64,000 nucleotides of DNA, taken from positions 384,001 to 448,000 of the forward strand of contig CAWIIP010000002.1 in assembly GCA_963836235.1 (NCBI GenBank), in the 5' to 3' direction. Positions within the stretch are counted from its first letter, which is position 1, and each line of letters opens with the position of its first letter. Positions 22,005 to 30,221 of this stretch are shown here, in pieces. A program made the position numbers and the translations under genes. Below the pieces are notes generated by a model, which searched no databases, was not told where the DNA came from, and worked only from the letters and a program-made list of their open reading frames with translations. The DNA is from an uncultured Pseudomonadota bacterium (lineage in GTDB: Bacteria; Oederibacteriota; Muellerivitia; Muellerivitales; Muellerivitaceae).

Positions 22005-22952
22005 TTATTTTGAATTTTTCTCCTCTCCGATTAAGCGGTAGGTCAAAGGCTTATCGTCCCGGATAATATCCTTAATTCTTAAAAAACCATCGCGAATGTA
22101 CTTGGGGACGAAAAAAATACCTTCGTGGGTTTCACCGTCGTAATATTTCAGGGGTCCCACTTTACGTTCCTTCAATATGCGGTTGATGTGGTCCCTTTTG
22201 AGTGTCTTAGGATCTACCGTCTTGGAAGCCATGGTAAAACTCCAGGGAATATCAAAGGACGGGACATTGGCCGGCCAAGAGTAGACCATCGGGAAAACCT
22301 TCTTTAAAGTATTGTGCACCGCCGCCAAACAAAGGAGTTCTTTTTCGGCCGAGCAACCCGATTGTAGGGCAACCATACCGTTATCCGAGAGCTTCTCGGA
22401 TACCATCCTGTAAAATTCCTCCGTATAAAGAAGGTAAGCTGGCCCCGCTTCCACCGGCTCCGGAATATCGATAATAATGACATCGAACTTTTCTTTGCTT
22501 TTTTCCAAAAACTTACGCCCGTCTTTAAACAACAAGGTCGTTCTTTTATCCTTAAAAGCGCCTCGATGCCATTCGGGCATGTATTTATCACAAAGTTCCA
22601 CGACCCTTTTATCGATATCGATCATCCAGGCCTTTTCGACCGTCTTGTGGCGAAGCACCTCATAGAGAGTGGCCCCTTCCCCACCCCCGATGATGACCAC
22701 CTTTTTAGGATTGGGGCAGGTGACCATGGCCGGATGCACTAAATTTTCATGGTAAATGAACTCATCCACCTGGGCCGATTGCATATGGCCGTCCAGGATC
22801 AGGCATTTTCCATAATGGCTGGATTGGATGACTTCGACTTTTTGAAAGGGTGTTTTCTCGGAAGCGTAAATTTTCGAAATGCCGCGCATATGAGCCTCGT
22901 CAGGCGCGTAAAACTCAATATGCCAATGGGGGCTGATCGTTTCGTTCACCAA
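22005..22952 (-). CDS. speE: Spermidine synthase / polyamine aminopropyltransferase
   Basis: LILDGHMQS..DEFIYHENLVHPAM, IIGGGEG, DIDKRVV, FDVIIID. Confidence 0.95.
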   Translation of the reverse strand: MVNETISPHWHIEFYAPDEAHMRGISKIYASEKTPFQKVEVIQSSHYGKCLILDGHMQSAQVDEFIYHENLVHPAMVTCPNPKKVVIIGGGEGATLYEVLRHKTVEKAWMIDIDKRVVELCDKYMPEWHRGAFKDKRTTLLFKDGRKFLEKSKEKFDVIIIDIPEPVEAGPAYLLYTEEFYRMVSEKLSDNGMVALQSGCSAEKELLCLAAVHNTLKKVFPMVYSWPANVPSFDIPWSFTMASKTVDPKTLKRDHINRILKERKVGPLKYYDGETHEGIFFVPKYIRDGFLRIKDIIRDDKPLTYRLIGEEKNSK

Positions 22953-23057
22953 AGAACATCTCCGTTCGGGCTGTTTCTGTTTTTAACAAATTAAAAAAGA
23001 TGAAGGCTTTTTCTGTATCCTATAAGTCAATAGAACGCTCGTTAGGATAAAAAACAC

Positions 23058-23160
23058 AAAAAAAAGCGAGACATTAAACAGGTTAACGGCTCGCTACGGT
23101 CGTGGTTAAAGGTATAAGGACCCGTTTCTTTTGTGGGAGTCGGTTGAAACCACACTTGTC
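23058..23160 (-). ncRNA. Candidate cis-regulatory leader RNA (pseudoknot + intrinsic terminator) upstream of speE-speA
   Basis: On the minus strand GUGGUU can pair with loop AACCAC of the hairpin ACGGGUC...GACCGU. It is followed immediately by AGCGAG..UUAA/UUAA..CUCGCU plus a U run. Confidence 0.55.
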
Positions 23161-23207
23161 TTTCTTCAAAATGATCAAACACGAACGATTTGTTATGAAC
23201 TTTCTCA

Positions 23208-23235
23208 AGTATAAAACGATACATTATACTGTCAA
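23208..23235 (-). promoter_or_regulatory. Sigma-70 promoter for the speE-speA leader
   Basis: TTGACA-N16-TATACT on the minus strand, about 250 nt upstream of the speE start. Confidence 0.75.
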
Positions 23236-23335
23236 TAAAAAAATAGATTTTGATCGCCGTTTTTGAAAATAATTTCAAATTTTTTTTACAAACATTAACA
23301 ACGATGAAATGATTTCGAAAAAAGGATTCTCATAA

Positions 23336-25683
23336 TTGATTCCGCCTCGTGTCACATTCAAATTTTGGGACAACTTAATTATTTTTCCTATTTTTTTTAC
23401 ACCCTTGCTTTTCTTCGTTCATAGCCATGATCAATTCGAACTGCCTAAATTGACCTTTTTGATGGTTCTCATGGTCCCAGGGGCCCTTTTAGCCTTTAAA
23501 AACAAGGTATTTTCACCTCCCACGCCCCTCACCCTTTCCCTTTACCTATTGGCTTTCGTCCAAATCCTTTCTTCCCTTCCCGAAACAAGCTTGAGTTGGA
23601 GCACGAGCTTATTAGGCGACTACGAGAATTTTTCCGGATTAACAACTTTATTTACTTATTTCCTGCTGTTTCAAATTCTCAGTCTTTATTTAACCGAAGA
23701 AAAAATAGGAAAAATATTTTATTTCAACTCCCTGGCCGCCCTCTTATCCTCGTTTTATGCCATTGGCCAGCATTTCGGTTTCGATTTTATCCAATGGAAC
23801 CCGGAAACCGTGATTTCCGCCCGGGAATTCGCGGCTTTGGGAAATCCGAATTTTCTTTCCGCCTACCTGGCCATGTCGATACCCCTTTTTCTCTCCCAAT
23901 CCCTCAAGATCCCGGCGGAAGGCGCCAAATCCTCAACACCACCGGGACTGTTATTTTGGTTTTTAGCCCCTTTAGGCGGATTATTTCTTCTTTTGGGAAC
24001 CAGTCAGGGTTTAACTCTCTTTCAGATGGGTCCTTCGGCTTCCTTAGAACTCATTTTCCGGATCGTGGGCTTGGTTTTATTTTCGATCACTAGCGTTCGC
24101 TTGATCTTATTCCGCCATTGGATGATAGCCCTTTCGGTCTTGGCCATCCTGGGACTCGGACTTTTCAGCACGGGAAGCCGGGGTGGATTTTTAGGGGCCT
24201 TTTTTGGAATCGGTGTTTGGTTATGGTTGATTTTAAGAAAAAATAAATTTTCAAATCCTCTTCGTCAAAGACTTTCACTCCTTCCAAAGGAAGGAATCGC
24301 CTTCGCCTCGCTTTTAACCCTGGCCTTGCTTTTTTTCATCGGCCACGGTTTTTTAACCCGGCTCGCCGATTCCGTCATTCACATGGGCCAAAGCCTGGCG
24401 GTTTCCCGCTTGCATATTTGGCGCCCCGCTTGGCGGATTGTGGAAGCGAATCCCCTTCTAGGGGTTGGATTGGACAATTTCAAGATCGCCTTTCCTTATT
24501 ACAGCGGAATCGAATTCAACGAAATTGACGGCATGTTCATGAGCTCCCGAATGGCGCACAATGAGTTATTACAAATGGCATCCACCACCGGTTTCTTGGG
24601 CTTCTTCGCCTATCTGGGCCTTCTGGCCGCCTTCGGATTTCAATGGTGGAAAACCTATCGTTCCTCCAACTCTTCGGTCCAATGGTGCTTGATCGCCGTA
24701 CTGGCCTGCGCCGTCGCCTATCACGTTCAAAATTTCTTCAGCTTTGGGGTCGCCTCGATCAACCTGATTTGGTTTCTACTCTTGGCGATAGTGCAAAATC
24801 AATACCGCAAAACTTCCCCCCCCCTGTCGCCCAAGGCCCCGGTTGGTATCTTTACGCCGCCTGTAAAAAGGCGGGCCTCGCTCTTTTTATATTGCTCGCT
24901 CTCTTTTTCCCCCTGAGCCGTCTGGGCGCCGATTTGGCTTTCGGCCAAGGCAACGCCGCGTCCCAAATCTTGAAGAACCCCGATCCTCAAATGTCGAATT
25001 CGGATTTGGTTTCTTACTCGGATTATGAAATAGACCATTTAAGAAAAGCCGTTTCGCTTTGCCCCCTGGAGGTCAAATACCGGCTTTACCTGGGGTTGGC
25101 TTATGAGCAAAGGGCGCAGCTCGACGGGGAAAAATCGCGTGATTGGGACTTAACGGCCCTTCAGTGTTATCAAAAAGCCATCGATATGAGCCCCGCCAAC
25201 GCCTATTACTACAACAACGAAGGCCGGGTCGAGGACATCTTAAGCTCTTCGGACCCTTCCTATCTTTCCCAAGCGGAACAAGCCTATCAAAAAGCGGTCC
25301 ATTGGGACCCCTCCAGCCCCTATTTCATCGTCAATTGGGCCACCGATTTGGATAAGTTGGGAAAAGGAAAAGAAGCCGAAGCGGAGCTTCAACAGGCCTT
25401 TCAGTTGGATCCCGTCTTCACCTCGAAGATTCTTTCCCAAATGGCTTTTGAAAAATACCGGTCAGGCGAAAAGCAAAAAGCTTTTCAATTTTTGGACGAG
25501 GCAGTCAAGGGTAACACTTCCAGCGCCGAAGCCTATTACTGCCGGGGCATTCTCGATTTGTCGGAAAAAAGGAAAAAACAAGCCCTTGAGGATTTCGAAA
25601 GGGTGAAAAGCCTCCATCCGACCGCAGAAAAAAATCCTTCCATCCAGTCCCTCGATCAATTCATTGATCAGGCCAAAGAATAG
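23336..25683 (+). pseudogene. O-antigen ligase-like (Wzy_C) membrane protein with C-terminal TPRs, split by a frameshift at a C9 tract (24816-24824)
   Basis: ORF1 has LGNPNFLSAYL, TGSRGG, RLHIW, GVGLDNF, AHNELLQ. ORF2 carries the last TM and TPRs. Adding one C gives the continuous ...KTSPPPVAQGPGWY... Confidence 0.8.
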
Positions 25684-25704
25684 CCGGCTTTTTTCAACCT
25701 CCGG

Positions 25705-28700
25705 TCAAAGCTCAATCTCGATGCCTTCTTCACCCAACAAGTCGGAAACTTCCCTTAAAAACCCCTTGGAAGGTTTCACTGACAAGGCGGGGCCCGCTTC
25801 CAGAACCATCAAGCCGTGATGGGTCGTTTGCATGTGGAAATAAACCTTGGCCTTCCCCGGGTGCCGCTCGCAGACCGCCTTCACTTTGGGCAAAAGGCTG
25901 TCATCCAATCCCACGACATTCATGGTGAGGTGGACCCCCTTGGCCCACTTCACCGCCATTTCATTCAGGTCGATGGCCTCGTTGGCGATGATCTGGGTCT
26001 TTTCCCCGGACTTGTCCAGCCGGCCCCTCAAAGCCACCAACCGGTCCTTCGCCAGCAGGTTCTGGTATTTCTTGTAGACTTCCGGCCAGGCGATCACTTC
26101 CAGGTGGGAATGCAGGTCCTCCAGCACGAACCGGCCGTAAATTTCCTTGGTCTTCTTCACCATGCTTTTCGAGAAACCCCGGATCAGCCCCGCCACCCTG
26201 ATCTCATGGCCGTCGGGCAGGTCCTCCAGCTCATGAAGCGGCGTGGCATAGTGCTCCAACTCCCACTCATGCTCCGAAAGGGGGTGTCCGGAAAGGTAAA
26301 ATCCGAGTACTTCCTTTTCCGCCGTTAAAATTTGGGCGGGCGAAAGTTCGGGCGCTTCCGGCAGGGTATCCGCCGGCCCCGAATCCATCGCCCCGAAAAG
26401 GGAGGTTTGCCCCCTCTGGGAATCGGCCTGGAGCCCCTGGGACTGCCGGAATATCTTTTCCACCGCTTCCTTCATGGCTCCCCGGGGCGAGTTGGAGAAA
26501 TCAAAACCCCCAGCCAAAACCAGGCATTCCACCATTTTGGGGGTGAAGGCCTTCAAGTCGACCCGGCGGCAAAAATCAAAAAGGGACAGGAAAGCCCCCT
26601 CCTTGCCCCGGGCCTCCAGGATGGCCGCGATGGCGGGCGTCCCCACGTTTTTGATGGCCGAGAGCGAGAACCGGATTTCCCCCTTTGGCGTCACCGTAAA
26701 TTCGTCCCCGCTCTCGTTCACGTCCGGCGGCAGCACCCGGACGCCCATTTTTTTGCACTCGAACACGTACTGTGAAATCTTGTCCTGGTTCCCCGACTCG
26801 CTGGTCAGGAGGGCGGCCATGAATTCCGGGGTGAAATGGGCTTTCAAATAGGCGGTCTGGAAAGCCACGATGGCGTAAGCCGCGCTGTGGGACTTGTTAA
26901 AGCCATACCCGGCGAATTTCGCCATTTGGTTGAAGATCGCCTCGGCGATGTCATTGGAAATCCCCCGGTCCTTGGCCCCGGAAAGGAACTTGTCCCGCAT
27001 CTGCTCCATTTTTTCCGAATTCTTGCTTCCCATGGCCCGCCTCAGCAGGTCCGCCTGCCCCAAGGTGAAGCCCGCCAGGTCTTTGGCGATGCGCATCACT
27101 TGTTCCTGGTAAAGGATGATGCCGTAGGTGGTTTTTAAAATGGGCTCCAGCAAGGGGTGAAGATACTCCACCTTCGCCAGCCCCTTCTTCCGGTGGAAGA
27201 AATCATCCACCATGTCCGAGCCCAGGGGCCCGGGCCGGTAAATCGCGTTGAGGGCGATCAAATCCTCGATATGCGTGGGCTCCAGCTTCCGCACGTAATC
27301 CCGCATTCCCCGGGATTCCAACTGGAAGATGCCCATCGTTTTCGCTTCCCGCAGTAATTTAAAGGTCGCCTCGTCTTCCATGGGGATGTCCGAAACCTTT
27401 ACATCCTGTTTCCGGTGGCTCTTGATGAGCTTGAGGGTATCGTCGATCACCGAAAGCGTCCGCAGGCCCAAAATATCCAGTTTCAAAAGCCCCACGTCCT
27501 TCAGGGCGTTCATGTCATATTGGGTTAAAATTTCATCCCCGGTCCCCCGGCACAAGGGCACGGTTTCCAGAAGGGGTTCGTTTCCGATGAGAATGCCCGC
27601 CGCGTGGGTTGAGAGGTGGCGCACCATCCCTTCCAGCGCCCGGGAAATATCCCAAAGTTTCCGGTAAGGCCCCTGTTCGGAAGCGATGGCCCGAAGCTCC
27701 GGCACCTTTTCCAGCGCGTCTTCCAGGGTCACCTTCGGCTCGCCGGGTATCAATTTGGCGATGCGGTCGATGTCGGGAAGCGGTATTTCCAAAATCCGCC
27801 CCACGTCCCGGATCACCGCCTTGGCCGCCATGGTCCCGAAAGTGGCGATGGAAGCCACCCGATCCTGCCCGTAGGTTTGTGTGATATATTCCAGCACCTC
27901 ATGGCGCCTTCGGTCGCAGACATCCACGTCGATGTCCGGGGCGCTCACCCGCTCCGGGTTGATGAAGCGCTCGAATAGCAGGTCGTAACGGATGGGGTCC
28001 ACGTCGGTAATCCCGATCAGGTAGGAAACCAGGCTCCCCGCCGCCGATCCCCGCCCCGGCCCGACCGAAATGCCCTTTTCCCTGGCCTTGGCGATGATGT
28101 CGCACACGATCAAAAAATAACCGCTAAAGCCGGTTTTGCGGATGATGCCCAGCTCTTCATTCATGCGTTCCAAAATACACGGGTCACCGCTCCCGGCCCC
28201 GTAACGTTTGGGTATGCCTTCCCGGCTGAGTTTTTCCAGGTAAGCCACCTCATCCAGCCACCCCGCCGGCACGGTGAAGGAAGGCATCAGGGTCTTGCCG
28301 AACTCAAAGGTGACGTTGCACCTTTCGGCGATCTCGCAGGTTTGGCGCAGGGCCTCCGGGATTTCGCCGAAAGTCTTGGCCATTTCCTCGGCGCTCTTCA
28401 GGTAATACTCGTCCGACCCATAGGTGATGTGGTTGGGATCCGAAAGCACTTCCCCCCGCCCCAGGCACAAAAGGGCCTCGTGAATCAGCGCCTCTTCCCG
28501 CCTCAAATAATGCACGTCATTGGTAGCCACCAAAGGAATGGAAGTTTGCTTGGATATCTCCATCAGGTGCTTTTGCACCGACTTGTCGCCGGCCTTGCGG
28601 TGGTCCTGAACCTCCAGGAAAAACCGCCCCTTGCCGAAGATCTCTTGGTATTCCCCCGCGACTCTCATGGCCACAGGGGTCTCTTCTTTGAGGATGAACT

Positions 28701-29145
28701 TGTCGATCTCACCGTCCAACCCTCCCGAAAGGGCGGTCAAACCCCGGCTATGGCGGGCCAAGAGTTCCTTGTCGATATGCGGAATCTGGTAGGAACCCCG
28801 CAAATATCCCGCCGAGGATAGCTTCAATAAATTCTTGTACCCTTCCTCGTTCTCCGCCAGCAAAACCAGGGGATAGAGGGCCTCCGTCCGCCCCGAACCG
28901 TTGGGTTTATCCGTCCGGGCCCCCGACGACACCCAAACCTCACAGCCGATGATGGGTTTCAACCCGTGCGAAAGGGCGCTCTGGTAAAAGCCGATGGCCC
29001 CAAAGAGGTTGGCCTTGTCGGTCAAGGCCACGGCATGCATTTGCAGTTCCTTCAGCCGGGCCATCAGGGGCTCGACCCGGACGGTGCTTTCCAGCAGGCT
29101 GAACTGGCTGTGAAGGTGAAGATGGACGAATTCGGGACGGTTCAT
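25705..29145 (-). CDS. dnaE: DNA polymerase III alpha subunit
   Basis: FVHLHLHSQFSLL PHP domain, GPGRGSAAGS, PDIDVD, FAGYGFNKSHSAAY, EKEVLGFYLSGHPL. ATG 29145 is the likely start. Confidence 0.97.
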   Translation of the reverse strand: MNRPEFVHLHLHSQFSLLESTVRVEPLMARLKELQMHAVALTDKANLFGAIGFYQSALSHGLKPIIGCEVWVSSGARTDKPNGSGRTEALYPLVLLAENEEGYKNLLKLSSAGYLRGSYQIPHIDKELLARHSRGLTALSGGLDGEIDKFILKEETPVAMRVAGEYQEIFGKGRFFLEVQDHRKAGDKSVQKHLMEISKQTSIPLVATNDVHYLRREEALIHEALLCLGRGEVLSDPNHITYGSDEYYLKSAEEMAKTFGEIPEALRQTCEIAERCNVTFEFGKTLMPSFTVPAGWLDEVAYLEKLSREGIPKRYGAGSGDPCILERMNEELGIIRKTGFSGYFLIVCDIIAKAREKGISVGPGRGSAAGSLVSYLIGITDVDPIRYDLLFERFINPERVSAPDIDVDVCDRRRHEVLEYITQTYGQDRVASIATFGTMAAKAVIRDVGRILEIPLPDIDRIAKLIPGEPKVTLEDALEKVPELRAIASEQGPYRKLWDISRALEGMVRHLSTHAAGILIGNEPLLETVPLCRGTGDEILTQYDMNALKDVGLLKLDILGLRTLSVIDDTLKLIKSHRKQDVKVSDIPMEDEATFKLLREAKTMGIFQLESRGMRDYVRKLEPTHIEDLIALNAIYRPGPLGSDMVDDFFHRKKGLAKVEYLHPLLEPILKTTYGIILYQEQVMRIAKDLAGFTLGQADLLRRAMGSKNSEKMEQMRDKFLSGAKDRGISNDIAEAIFNQMAKFAGYGFNKSHSAAYAIVAFQTAYLKAHFTPEFMAALLTSESGNQDKISQYVFECKKMGVRVLPPDVNESGDEFTVTPKGEIRFSLSAIKNVGTPAIAAILEARGKEGAFLSLFDFCRRVDLKAFTPKMVECLVLAGGFDFSNSPRGAMKEAVEKIFRQSQGLQADSQRGQTSLFGAMDSGPADTLPEAPELSPAQILTAEKEVLGFYLSGHPLSEHEWELEHYATPLHELEDLPDGHEIRVAGLIRGFSKSMVKKTKEIYGRFVLEDLHSHLEVIAWPEVYKKYQNLLAKDRLVALRGRLDKSGEKTQIIANEAIDLNEMAVKWAKGVHLTMNVVGLDDSLLPKVKAVCERHPGKAKVYFHMQTTHHGLMVLEAGPALSVKPSKGFLREVSDLLGEEGIEIEL

Positions 29146-29246
29146 GGGGGGATTATAGCCAAAAACCCCGCGTCTTCGCCGCAAATGGGGCCTGGCTTGA
29201 CGGGGCCTTATAGGCGCCTTTATGATTGAGTCAACGGAGTACAACA

Positions 29247-29469
29247 ATGGATTTCAGCAAAATCATCACGATGGAACCGGGAAAAAGAGGAGGCAAACCC
29301 TGTATCCGGGGCTTGCGTATGACGGTCTATGATATTTTGGAATACCTTGCTTCCGGTATGTCCTCCGAGCAAATCCTGAAGGATTTTCCCTACCTTAACG
29401 CAGAAGACATCCGCGCCTGCCTTCTACGCGGCTGAGAGAGAACGGCACAGTCTCGCTGTCCAACCGTGA
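29247..29469 (+). pseudogene. DUF433 antitoxin, frameshifted near 29420
   Basis: MDFSKIITMEPGKRGGKPCIRGLRMTVYDILEYLASG...EDIRACL. The expected tail FYAAERERHSLAVQP* is in another frame, with its stop overlapping the toxin start (GTGA). Confidence 0.8.
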
Positions 29470-29660
29470 AACTGATCTTCGATCAGAATCTTTCGCCAAA
29501 ATTGGCCGAAAGGCTCAAAGACCTCTTCCCTGATTCCACCCATGTTCATTTATCGGGCCTCGGAAAGTCCAAGGACCCGGAATTTGGGAATTCGCCAAGG
29601 CTGGGGGTTTCACCATTGTTTCCAAAGACGCCGTCTACGGCGAAATGAGCATGGCCCTTG
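29466..29660 (+). pseudogene. DUF5615/VapC45-like PIN toxin, frameshifted and truncated
   Basis: MKLIFDQNLSPKLAERLKDLFPDSTHV..GL..D, continuing after a frameshift as IWEFAKAGGFTIVSKDA; the C-terminal half is missing. Confidence 0.8.
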
Positions 29661-30218
29661 GAATTCACCCGGCACTATTACGGCGCCAACGCTTTGGACA
29701 TCCTGCCCTGGTTCGATTTTTTCAAGAAAGCAATGGTGGCAGGCTCCTATCAATCCTTCATGGACAAGCATTTTCCCCAGGAATGGATGAACCAGCTCGC
29801 GGATAGCAACCTGGTGATGTCCTTCGAACCCACCCAACCCGTCAAGCTTTTGGACTCGGATAAGTTCGCCGATTGGTTCCTGGTGAAAGGCATGATGACC
29901 ACGCATAACGTGGTGAACGGCAGGAGCGAGCTGGTTTCCCAAATACCCGTGGCCGCCAAAATCGTCATGGAACATCGAGCGGGTTCGGGGGATAAAGTCG
30001 CCACCCTGATCGAATTGCACCCCGGTGACGCTGGCTTTTCCTCTTCATCCCATGCGGGTTCGATGGGCTCACCGCAGGCTTCTTCCAATGGGGCCAATTC
30101 CCCTTCGGAATTGGCACAACCAAACCGCGGGTCTCAGCTGGGGGCTTCGACCCAGGGGGACCTCATTACCCATGCGGCGGACGGGGTGGCCGATGCCGCC
30201 AAAAAATTGGGGCTGTAG
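29658..30218 (+). CDS. Hypothetical protein, probably 5'-truncated
   Basis: 186-codon ORF with coding-like codon usage, abutting the toxin remnant; no clear RBS. Confidence 0.45.
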   Translation: MEFTRHYYGANALDILPWFDFFKKAMVAGSYQSFMDKHFPQEWMNQLADSNLVMSFEPTQPVKLLDSDKFADWFLVKGMMTTHNVVNGRSELVSQIPVAAKIVMEHRAGSGDKVATLIELHPGDAGFSSSSHAGSMGSPQASSNGANSPSELAQPNRGSQLGASTQGDLITHAADGVADAAKKLGL

Positions 30219-30221
30219 CTT

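Noticed and set aside
25705-29247. Intein or N-terminal extension in DnaE
   Set aside because: The length from ATG 29145 is normal with continuous motifs; the extra 34 codons in the ORF track overlap the promoter.
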